NCBI GenBank assembly: GCA_965224465.1
Contig: OZ245049.1
Coordinates: forward strand, 2,910,001-2,942,000
Direction of reading: 5' to 3'
DNA from: Flavobacteriaceae bacterium
GTDB taxonomy: Bacteria > Bacteroidota > Bacteroidia > Flavobacteriales > Flavobacteriaceae
DNA length: 32,000 nt
Shown here in pieces: positions 18,416-26,872 of the stretch (within the stretch, counting starts at the first letter, position 1; each line of letters begins with the position of its first letter). The notes under the pieces were generated by a model. That model was not told the DNA's origin and did not search any database. It saw only the letters and a list, made by a program, of their open reading frames with translations. The translations under genes and the position numbers were made by a program.

Positions 18416-19411
18416 ATGAAAAAATTTAAAAACATTTTAGGACTTATACTTGTAACCATTGTACTTACAAGTTGTTTAAAAAATGATGACGACATCCAAC
18501 CAGTACCACAAGCAGATGGAGAAGCACTCTTAGGGCGTTTTCTGAAAAACAGAACTGGAGATGTAGAAACTTTTTCTTTAGATGCTGAAACAGGAGGTAA
18601 TATTACTGGAAATCAAGGAACAAAAGTAAATTTTCCTCCCAATGCATTTGGATTAAATGGAGCCGTTATAACAGGAAATATCACCATAGAATTGCTAGAA
18701 ATTTACACAAAAGCAGACATGCTTTTAAAAAACAATTCTACCTTAGGAAAACGCGCGGACGGCACAAAAGAAATCTTAAAATCGGCTGGAGAATTTTTTA
18801 TCAGCGCAAAACAAGGCAATGTACAATTAGAACTACTTAAAAAAGCAGTCATAACTTCAAGACCTGTTACGATAGAGAATTTTGACGGAAAAATGAATAT
18901 CTTTAAAAAAGGAGCAGACGATTGTCAAGGTATAGAAGCTGATTGCGACTGGGTAGAAGCCGATGAAAATAAAGATGGAAAAGCAGACGAAGCCAAAGTA
19001 GTAGACGGAGCAAATGGAGAGATGGTTTCATATATCTACTCCATAGGGGATTTTGGTTGGACAAATTTAGATAGATGGTTCAATTATACAGGACCAAAAA
19101 CAAAGATTTTTGTAGATGTACCCGCTGGATTTGATGCAGACAATTGCGCCGTATTTTTATCCTATGACGGAGAGCCAACTGCACTTGCAAGAATGGACAC
19201 ATACGTTACCGATTTAAATCTATTCACAGAACACTATGGAAAAATTCCAATTGGTCAAAAAATACACATTATTGTAGTCGCAGAAATAGACGGTGTTTTA
19301 AATTATGCGATACAAGGAAATACTGTAGTAGAGGAACACATAGAGGTAATAACTACCTTAACCCCTACAACCCAAGCAGCATTAGAATCTTTAATAAACG
19401 GATTGCCATAA
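18416..19411 (+). CDS. hypothetical lipoprotein
   Basis: ATG at 18416 gives MKKFKNILGLILVTIVLTSCLKNDDD (signal peptide plus lipobox). The track ORF begins at an upstream TTG (18374). No domain was recognised. Confidence 0.75.
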   Translation: MKKFKNILGLILVTIVLTSCLKNDDDIQPVPQADGEALLGRFLKNRTGDVETFSLDAETGGNITGNQGTKVNFPPNAFGLNGAVITGNITIELLEIYTKADMLLKNNSTLGKRADGTKEILKSAGEFFISAKQGNVQLELLKKAVITSRPVTIENFDGKMNIFKKGADDCQGIEADCDWVEADENKDGKADEAKVVDGANGEMVSYIYSIGDFGWTNLDRWFNYTGPKTKIFVDVPAGFDADNCAVFLSYDGEPTALARMDTYVTDLNLFTEHYGKIPIGQKIHIIVVAEIDGVLNYAIQGNTVVEEHIEVITTLTPTTQAALESLINGLP

Positions 19412-19444
19412 TAGCCCATTTCTAAAGAAAACAATACTGATTTC

Positions 19445-19480
19445 ACCGCTACATTTCGTAAGATTTGTAGCGGTATTTTT
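19445..19480 (+). terminator. intrinsic terminator after the lipoprotein gene
   Basis: ACCGCTACA (19445-19453) pairs with TGTAGCGGT (19466-19474), followed by ATTTTT. Confidence 0.6.
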
Positions 19481-19634
19481 GTGATCGTATCAACAGCTAG
19501 AACACAAATAACTCAGGATTAAAATACGATTACTAACAATAACGCAACCCAAAACAACACCTATCACGAATTAATCACTTAATTTACACGATTAATGAAA
19601 ATTATACATATATTAAAACACTAAAACTAGAACT

Positions 19635-21623
19635 TTGAAAACAACGTATACACAAATACTACTCTTATTGACTTGTTTTTCTGTAAATTCCCAAGTAATA
19701 TTACAAGACAGTATTCCTAGAAAAGCACATATAGAATTTGAACAATTAAAGCAGCAATATATCCTAAGATCCGTGGCGCCACCATTGCGACAAATTGCAG
19801 GAGCACCTAAGGCGTTTTACAGCTATTTCTGGGAGTTAGGTGATGGGAATTACAGTTATAAAAAAAACCCGAAACATCACTATAAAAACAAAAAACAATA
19901 CACCGTTCGTCTATCACTTACCAATAATTATGACGATGGACTCCCCCCTACTACACGTCCCATATTACTCAAAAACACATCCGATGTTTCAACTATTTCA
20001 ACAAACGAATCACATTATTTAAACGAAAGACATGACGGATTTAGGCTACTCAGCAATAGAGAACCTATTCCAAATCAGGAAATGGAATTTGTAATTAGTT
20101 ACGGCAATAAATCGCCCCTTCCTAGTCAGGGAAAAATATACTTATTTTACAACGAACGTAAATACAAAAATAACAACTTTGAATTAGTAGCCATACGTAC
20201 CTATCACAACGAACAGGAGGAACTTATGGAAACACTTGCCAACACGTACCTTTCAAAAGAAATGCTTATTCGTACTAGTGGGATAGAAAATATAGTCCCA
20301 GAAAAAAACATAGCCATCGATACCTTAAGTCACAATTTACCAGCTACACTTGCGGAGGCACAAAAGAAATATACAGATGTAAAAGTATGGAACGTAAACG
20401 ATTTAGAAAGCAATGAAGAACGCAACCTGTTTTTAACCTTTAAAACAAGCCCTAAAATGTTGAAGGACACCTCTGCCATTATCACGATCCGGAGCGTTTA
20501 TGTCCCAGAACGCGGAGGAGATACACATCAAATAAGAACAAAAGAAATGGAAATAGTCACCTCTCACGACCCCAATAAAATGGCTGTTTACAATACGTTT
20601 CTGAACTATCGATTGGTGAAATTTAAACGCTTAAAATACAAGATACGCTTTCAAAACAATGGAGAAGGTCCCGCTAGACTGATCAAACTAAATGTAGATG
20701 TTCCAGCCATGTTGGACAAAACATCCCTTAGAATAATAGACATGTACCCCAAAGTACCCATCTGTCCAGAAGGAAAAACAGTAAGATATAGTTGTTTAGA
20801 CACCCTTTTTTATGGCGATAAAATTTCCTTTCAATTTAAAAACATTTACTTACCAGGCACCGAACAAAAAGGGGTTCAAGAAAAAGACTCTACCAAAGGA
20901 TTTGTAAAATACTCCCTAAAATTCGGGAAGGATTTTCATAAAATTAAATCCAAGAGTAAAACCGAAATAATTTTTGACAAAAACGACCCCATCATCACCA
21001 ATTCAGCTAGCTCTAGATTCCTTCCTGGGATATCCATTGGCGCTAAAGCTGGTTACAATTACATCCTAGAAGTAGACAACTCTAAAAGCTATTTTGTGGG
21101 AGCCACCATATCTACTTACAAGGCGTATAAATGGTATCCACAAGCCGAATTAATGATTTCGAATACTTCCTATTCCAAAACAAACAAGCAACAAAACATC
21201 GTAGAAAACATAGATACACCCAACGGGTTTTATAAAAGGATATACAAAGAAAGCACGAGCAATTTAATTACAAAACGCATGGCACTAGATCTAGTACCTG
21301 CTTCTATTCGCTATAACATGAACGGTATGATAGGGCTCGGAATAGGCGCGCATGTTTCTATGGATTATGCCACAAAAATTACAAGTACAAATACAGCATC
21401 ATTTTTTGGCTATCAAAACGGAATTAAGGGAGACCCCATAGAAACATTAAATACACATACAACAAACCATACTGACACCTCATTTAAAAACATAAATTAC
21501 GGTGTTTTTGGTGATCTAACGATAGGTGCTTCACGTATTGGACCAAGTCTAGGGTTTCGTTATATTCATCATTTTAAAACACCCGAAGGACAATTACACA
21601 TCTATGCAATTTGGAAATTCTAA
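19635..21623 (+). CDS. secreted PKD-domain protein with C-terminal outer-membrane beta-barrel-like domain
   Basis: TTG start giving a plausible signal peptide (M)KTTYTQILLLLTCFSVNSQ. PKD signature FWELGDGNYSYKKNPKHHYKNKKQYTVRLSLTN. A middle module SHDPNKM...YKIRFQNNGEGPA...ISFQFKNIYLPG...GFVKYSLKF resembles modules I recall upstream of T9SS sorting domains in Flavobacteriia. The last ~190 aa have alternating beta-strand patterns and end in ...IYAIWKF (terminal aromatic). Confidence 0.8.
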   Translation: MKTTYTQILLLLTCFSVNSQVILQDSIPRKAHIEFEQLKQQYILRSVAPPLRQIAGAPKAFYSYFWELGDGNYSYKKNPKHHYKNKKQYTVRLSLTNNYDDGLPPTTRPILLKNTSDVSTISTNESHYLNERHDGFRLLSNREPIPNQEMEFVISYGNKSPLPSQGKIYLFYNERKYKNNNFELVAIRTYHNEQEELMETLANTYLSKEMLIRTSGIENIVPEKNIAIDTLSHNLPATLAEAQKKYTDVKVWNVNDLESNEERNLFLTFKTSPKMLKDTSAIITIRSVYVPERGGDTHQIRTKEMEIVTSHDPNKMAVYNTFLNYRLVKFKRLKYKIRFQNNGEGPARLIKLNVDVPAMLDKTSLRIIDMYPKVPICPEGKTVRYSCLDTLFYGDKISFQFKNIYLPGTEQKGVQEKDSTKGFVKYSLKFGKDFHKIKSKSKTEIIFDKNDPIITNSASSRFLPGISIGAKAGYNYILEVDNSKSYFVGATISTYKAYKWYPQAELMISNTSYSKTNKQQNIVENIDTPNGFYKRIYKESTSNLITKRMALDLVPASIRYNMNGMIGLGIGAHVSMDYATKITSTNTASFFGYQNGIKGDPIETLNTHTTNHTDTSFKNINYGVFGDLTIGASRIGPSLGFRYIHHFKTPEGQLHIYAIWKF

Positions 21624-21630
21624 ATACCTT

Positions 21631-24294
21631 ATGAAATATCTCTCTGTTGTATGTTGTTGCCTTTTTTCATTAATCATCTTTGCACAAAACAGCAAGAAAA
21701 CTCCTTATTCTAACTATAAAAAAAAAGATGATATAGAGGGGTATATCTACGCAACGATTGATGCCTTTTTAAGAAATTCAAGTACAGAAAACCTTGTTTT
21801 ATTTACAAATTTAGAACAAAAATTATGGAGAAAACCAAGCAGTAAAGCAGAAAAAATAGCTTGGTTACATGGACTCATACAACAAGGATATCAATACAAA
21901 AAATTCGGTAAAATCCCAGCAGCTTTACACGTCTATGAAAAAGCACTCCACTATTACAGAACACAACACTTAACGCGTTATAATATAGTGGAATATTGCC
22001 TACTCCCTATGGCAACAAATTACACGAGATTAGGCGCCTTTGACCGGGCCGAAATCGTTTTAAAAGTAGCGGAAACCAAGGCGAGCAAACAAGCCGACCC
22101 CATAAAATTAGCAGCCGTCTACAACAACCTTTCTATTGTATACCAATCTCAAGGATTGTACCCGAAAGCCATCAAACTTTTAGAAAAAACGTTGAAATTA
22201 AAAGGCTTACCTCAAACACAAAAAGCACGTGTTCTAGGAAATATTGCCATCATAATGATGCGTTTAAATAAACTAGAAATCGCATTAAAATACGCTGAAA
22301 AATCACGAATACTACATCCTAAAAACATAGAACTCACACAAAAACTAGCAAGTATTAAAGCACTTTATTATGAGAATAAGAAGGAATTTATCACCGCAGG
22401 ATCTGAATATAAAAAAGCCATGCTACTTGCAGAAAAACAATTTGGAACTGGCAGTCGAGAACACATAAAATCCAGCCTAAACCTCGCTGACTTTTACCGC
22501 AACCAACAGCAATTAGAAAAAGCATTATTCATATATTCAAACTGTTTAAAAAATCAAAATAACAGTCTCGAAACAATTGACAACAGCCTTAAAAAAATTT
22601 ATGAAGGGATGGGTGATATAGCCTATGAAAAAGGAGAAATAAGCAGTGCAATTGACTCTTATAAACAAGGACTAAAAGCCAACCAAAACCTGAAAGAATC
22701 ATTTGTTTCAGCTATTTCAAAAATAAGACTCCTGGTTGAAAGCAATGCATTAAGCGAAAAAATTATAGCCGCTTATTATGAATTATACACGGTGTCCAAT
22801 AATCAAAAATACGCACTATCTGCTTTAAATATTTCCGAACACAGCAAAGCGAATATCCTCTTAGAGCAACTACAACAAGCATCTATTAATCAATGGGACT
22901 CCAGAGACACTTACAGCAAAGAAACAGCTCTAAAACTACGTATAAATGAGCAAAAACACCAACGGATGCTAGAAGAGCAAAACCATGAATTAGCGAACAT
23001 TACAAAATTAAAACACATCAATAAGCAACTCGACATTCTAAATAATGAGTTGCAATTATTAAAACAGACAAAAGGCCGAATCCCCCTATCAAAACCATCA
23101 GAGATTAAAAAGGAAGAACTACTAAGCATCTTACAAAACAACCAACAATTGCTGATCGAATATTTTGTTGGTTCAGAAGCCGTATACGTATTTTCAATAT
23201 CCAAAAACACAGCACTTACATTTCGTAAAATAAACAACAAAGACCAATTCCAAAAACAACTTCGTAAATTTTACGAACTCTTTGCAGTTGCTGCTGGCGA
23301 AAAAATCAATACTAACATTCAAGAATACAACACGCAAGCATATCAACTTTATGTACAATTGCTACAACCAGAACTAGAAGGCAATACGTATACTTCACTC
23401 ATAATTATCCCCGATGCGGCGATTGGGTTAATTCCGTTTGATGCCCTGCACAACGCTCCTACAAGCAGTAGTGATTTTTCAAAAATGCCCTATGTATTAC
23501 ATCAATCAGAGATTATCTACAATGTATCCATTCAACTAATGCGCATGCATAAAAAACAACCATTGAACCAATCTTTTACAGGTTTTTTTCCCGTTTTTGA
23601 TGTCGAGAACAGCACACATCAACCTTTAAAAAACACACTTACAGAAGCAACAAACATTCATAAAACTATGGGTGGAACGCTATTTTTAAGAAAGAATGCT
23701 AGTAAAGAAAATTTTTTAAAACAACAAAAAACCACTGGTATTTTACACCTTGCCACACATGCGTCTAGTGGTACTGGTCAAATACCTCCATCCATAGAAT
23801 TTGCAGATAAAACACTGTATTTAACGGAATTATACGGCATGCAATTTATGTCACAACTAATCGTATTAAGTGCTTGTGAAACCAACGTAGGCCCCATCTA
23901 CAAAGGAGAAGGGATTTTAAGTCTAGCCCGTGGGTTTATCTATGCAGGCATCCAAAATAGTATCGTATCTCAATGGAAGGTAAACGATAAAGCTACAGAA
24001 TTTTTGATGTCAGAATTTTATAAAAATTTAAAAAAATCTATACCTATTTCAACAGCACTACAGCAATCAAAAGAAGCATATATTTCAAGTAGTAAGATAC
24101 ATCCCTCTAAAAAATCCCCCTATTATTGGGCTGGATTTTCATATATGGGACACTCCGAAAACACCTCAAAAAAACCAATCATATTGTGGAGCATCCCAAT
24201 CACTTTAGCCATCGTATTGATGGGTTTCTATTACACAAAGAAACGACGTGTAAGCAATCAGAAAAATCATTTAGAAACACAGGGGGATTCCTAG
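21631..24294 (+). CDS. TPR-repeat CHAT-domain (caspase-fold) protein with N-terminal signal peptide and C-terminal TM anchor
   Basis: ATG at 21631 gives MKYLSVVCCCLFSLIIFAQNSKK (the track ORF starts at 21604, overlapping the upstream gene). There are about 300 aa of TPR-like repeats and a coiled-coil region. The CHAT core has GILHLATHASSG (His codon 23758-23760) and LIVLSACETNVG (Cys codon 23875-23877). C-terminal TM PIILWSIPITLAIVLMGFYY, then KKRR. Confidence 0.85.
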   Translation: MKYLSVVCCCLFSLIIFAQNSKKTPYSNYKKKDDIEGYIYATIDAFLRNSSTENLVLFTNLEQKLWRKPSSKAEKIAWLHGLIQQGYQYKKFGKIPAALHVYEKALHYYRTQHLTRYNIVEYCLLPMATNYTRLGAFDRAEIVLKVAETKASKQADPIKLAAVYNNLSIVYQSQGLYPKAIKLLEKTLKLKGLPQTQKARVLGNIAIIMMRLNKLEIALKYAEKSRILHPKNIELTQKLASIKALYYENKKEFITAGSEYKKAMLLAEKQFGTGSREHIKSSLNLADFYRNQQQLEKALFIYSNCLKNQNNSLETIDNSLKKIYEGMGDIAYEKGEISSAIDSYKQGLKANQNLKESFVSAISKIRLLVESNALSEKIIAAYYELYTVSNNQKYALSALNISEHSKANILLEQLQQASINQWDSRDTYSKETALKLRINEQKHQRMLEEQNHELANITKLKHINKQLDILNNELQLLKQTKGRIPLSKPSEIKKEELLSILQNNQQLLIEYFVGSEAVYVFSISKNTALTFRKINNKDQFQKQLRKFYELFAVAAGEKINTNIQEYNTQAYQLYVQLLQPELEGNTYTSLIIIPDAAIGLIPFDALHNAPTSSSDFSKMPYVLHQSEIIYNVSIQLMRMHKKQPLNQSFTGFFPVFDVENSTHQPLKNTLTEATNIHKTMGGTLFLRKNASKENFLKQQKTTGILHLATHASSGTGQIPPSIEFADKTLYLTELYGMQFMSQLIVLSACETNVGPIYKGEGILSLARGFIYAGIQNSIVSQWKVNDKATEFLMSEFYKNLKKSIPISTALQQSKEAYISSSKIHPSKKSPYYWAGFSYMGHSENTSKKPIILWSIPITLAIVLMGFYYTKKRRVSNQKNHLETQGDS

Positions 24295-24388
24295 CATATA
24301 AAATAGTAGATTTGAATTCTAAAACGAACCGATGCGATTGAAATACATTCTCAAAAGAAAAGGCTATACGTGCATAAAATTACGCACC

Positions 24389-24784
24389 ATGGCAACCAAA
24401 CACTTGGAACTTAAAGCAAGTATCAATGGCATAAAAGGACGGTTTATTTTGGATACTGGTGCCTCTAACTCTTGCGTAGGTTTTGAAGGTATTGAGAAGT
24501 TTAAATTACAAGCACAAGCATCCGACACCAAGGCTGCAGGGGCTGGTGCCATAGACATGGAAACGAAAACATCGGCAAAAAACACACTCAAAATTAAAGA
24601 TTGGAAATATAACGCTATGCACCTTGTAGTTTTTGACCTAAGCCATGTAAACACAGCATTAGAACAACAATCCGAACATCCTATTGACGGTATTTTAGGC
24701 GCTGATATTCTAGAAAAAGGAAAAGGAATTATAGACTATAAAAAGAAACGCCTATACCTTAAAAAACTAGTTTATAAATTTTAA
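24389..24784 (+). CDS. retropepsin-like (clan AA) aspartic protease, single domain, no signal peptide
   Basis: GRFILDTGASNSCV (Asp codon 24452-24454) plus a distal IDGILGADIL motif. ATG at 24389 gives 131 aa. The alternative ATG at 24332 gives 150 aa. Confidence 0.7.
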   Translation: MATKHLELKASINGIKGRFILDTGASNSCVGFEGIEKFKLQAQASDTKAAGAGAIDMETKTSAKNTLKIKDWKYNAMHLVVFDLSHVNTALEQQSEHPIDGILGADILEKGKGIIDYKKKRLYLKKLVYKF

Positions 24785-24795
24785 ATCACACACTA

Positions 24796-24957
24796 ATTCA
24801 ATTAAAATCCAAAACGATCGATGTAAATAGTTTGTTTAACGATCTAGCATTGTTAAAAAACAGAACGATAGCTATGGTTACCCTTAGATTTTTCGCCTAG
24901 CTAAAATAAAAAATAATTCGATTTCTAAACCGTCACTTAAAAATGTATTTGGTATAA
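24796..24957 (+). repeat. copy A of a ~150-160 bp dispersed direct repeat
   Basis: Aligns by eye with 26027-26190 and 29079-29240. Shared blocks are (C)AATTA/ACAATCCAAAA, TAAATAGTTTG, TCTAGC(A/G)TTGTTAAAAAACAGAACGATAGCTATGG, CCTAGCTA, AAAATAATT, TTTCTAAACC and AAATGTATTTGG. Similarity to copy B continues to ATCAATCGAT (24993-25002). Confidence 0.85.
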
Positions 24958-25047
24958 ACACAATATGGCAACATCCGTATTCATACTCCACTATCAATCG
25001 ATCTCGATAAAATGAGCTTCTGTATAATTACTGGATACATACCATCC

Positions 25048-25653
25048 CTATTTCGACTCTTTTTTATGATAAAAATCGATAGTTTGGGCAATGGCTTCAT
25101 CAAAATTATCCCATGTTTTTTCGTCGTGTAAATCGGTAGAAATAAAAGACTTATTAAACTTAGAGAGCAAGGTGAAATAAATATATCCACCAATCATAAG
25201 TTGAAAGGCATGATTTAAAGGCTTGTTATTTTTATGTCCTTGAAAAATATCACCCATTTGCGAATTTGTAAACTTAAAGAGTTCTTTCGTGTTTTCGTTA
25301 TTTTCAATCAAAGGCCAACGCAATAGTTCTTGAGCGAGGACATTTTCACGCAATTCTTTGGTTCCTTGAGCTGTGATTTTTTTCAAATATTCTATGCTCA
25401 TATCATCACTATCATACTCAATAATAGACTTAAAGAAATCACCTTTTTTAGCCAATTGTAATAACAGTCCCTTCATACCACCAAAATAGCGATAAATCAA
25501 CTCTTTAGAAACACCTGCTTTTTTAGCAATGGCATTAATTCCAACACCTTGGGGTCCTTTTTCTTCTAGTAAGTCAAGAAATGCCGTATAAATACGTTCT
25601 TCGGTAGCGGTACGATCTTTTTTCACGGATATTTGTGGTTTAGTTGCCAGCAA
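25048..25653 (-). CDS. TetR/AcrR family transcriptional regulator
   Basis: HTH GINAIAKKAGVSKELIYRYFGGMKGLL. TTG start at 25653 per the track, with an alternative GTG 9 codons in. No obvious partner efflux or enzyme gene is adjacent. Confidence 0.8.
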   Translation of the reverse strand: MLATKPQISVKKDRTATEERIYTAFLDLLEEKGPQGVGINAIAKKAGVSKELIYRYFGGMKGLLLQLAKKGDFFKSIIEYDSDDMSIEYLKKITAQGTKELRENVLAQELLRWPLIENNENTKELFKFTNSQMGDIFQGHKNNKPLNHAFQLMIGGYIYFTLLSKFNKSFISTDLHDEKTWDNFDEAIAQTIDFYHKKESK

Positions 25654-26026
25654 ATATAAGGAATAGAGAGTAGAATAGCCCTAAGACCTTCTTATGATTC
25701 TTGTTTTTCTTTAACAATACGCTAAAAAAATCATCAAAACACTGAAAATAATGACATTAAACAAGGAAGAAGTAATAGCTCTCGCATTAGAATCCTGATT
25801 CGAATTCTATACAAATCCCCCTCCCAAAACAAAAATCAATTCCTATTTCGTAGATTTTAAAATCAACAAGCACAACTAAAGAATCGGAGCTAAATACCAG
25901 AAAACACCTATAAATCTATCTAAACCGAAGGAAATAAAGCGCATGTGTTTTTTTATATAGGAAAACAACTAGCTTGTCATCACTAAGGTTCCATTATATA
26001 AGGGGACCTAAATAAAAATAATTGAT

Positions 26027-26190
26027 TTATACAGTTACAATCCAAAATGACCAATATAAATAGTTTCTTTTACGTTCTAGCGTTGTTAAAAAACAGAACG
26101 ATAACTATGGCTATCCTAAGATTTTCTACCTAGCTATAACAAAATATAATTCCAATTGTAAACCGCCAACTAGAAATTTAATTGATATGA
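26027..26190 (+). repeat. copy B of the ~150-160 bp dispersed direct repeat
   Basis: Same orientation and block order as copies A and C. It begins TACAGTTACAATCCAAAATGACC. The extension ATCAATCGAT at 26202-26211 abuts the stop of the 26213-26872 gene. Confidence 0.85.
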
Positions 26191-26212
26191 CACCAATTAC
26201 AATCAATCGATA

Positions 26213-26872
26213 TTACAACAAAGATAAGTTCAATACATCTCCCATCTTGATCTCTTTTTTAAGTAATAAAGGATATGTTTCACACATTAATTTAAACATA
26301 TATTCCAAAGGTACTTCATCAAAAGTACCATAATCCTCTAGGTATTCCATAAACGAATTGGCACCTTGGGCATCAAATTCTTGAAAAACAGCATCGGTTT
26401 TCCCATCAAAATCCAATGCATGAACACCCATTTTTTGACATAATTCTTTGTTAAAAGCAGGCGTAGCTTTCACCCATTTCCCTTCTAAAAAAATATCCAC
26501 ATAGCCGTGAGGCACCAATTCGTCTGAACCAAATTTCTCTATCATTTGATCGACAGCAATATGATTTTTAACGCGAGATATTCCCAGTTTTGCAGGGATG
26601 TTTTTTGCTCTTAAAACACTGATTAAAATAATGCTTTTATCCAAACAATGTCCCTCTTTAAGACTGGCAATTTTTGATGATTTCCAATCCTCTTTTTTTA
26701 AGCTAAATCGATACGGAAAATAAGGCCAAAAATCACGGACAAAAGTATAGGCTTTCACTGCAAAATCTAAGTCTGTATCGCTTTCTTTTTTATCTAATTT
26801 CTGAATTATTTCTTGAATTATTTCTGATGAATAATCAAAATAAAATGTTTCTTCTACATGAGATATTTTCAT
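26213..26872 (-). CDS. transglutaminase-like (papain-fold) superfamily protein, cytoplasmic
   Basis: 219 aa. KEGHCLDKSIILISVLRAKNIPAKLGISRV matches the Cys-containing TGase-core motif, and PHGYVDIFLEGKWVKATP matches the His motif. In my by-eye alignment the usual Asp (DPT) position reads Thr (ATP). Confidence 0.7.
   Translation of the reverse strand: MKISHVEETFYFDYSSEIIQEIIQKLDKKESDTDLDFAVKAYTFVRDFWPYFPYRFSLKKEDWKSSKIASLKEGHCLDKSIILISVLRAKNIPAKLGISRVKNHIAVDQMIEKFGSDELVPHGYVDIFLEGKWVKATPAFNKELCQKMGVHALDFDGKTDAVFQEFDAQGANSFMEYLEDYGTFDEVPLEYMFKLMCETYPLLLKKEIKMGDVLNLSLL

Noticed and set aside
19840-24654. ORFs 19840-20022 (+), 22911-23240 (-), 24126-24341 (+) and 24364-24654 (-)
   Set aside because: They are out-of-frame or antisense overlaps of the PKD-barrel, CHAT and retropepsin genes.
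24981-25193. Minus-strand 70-aa ORF overlapping the 3' end of the TetR gene
   Set aside because: It is an alternative frame of the same strand across the TetR stop and has no motif. The TetR frame is supported by its HTH.
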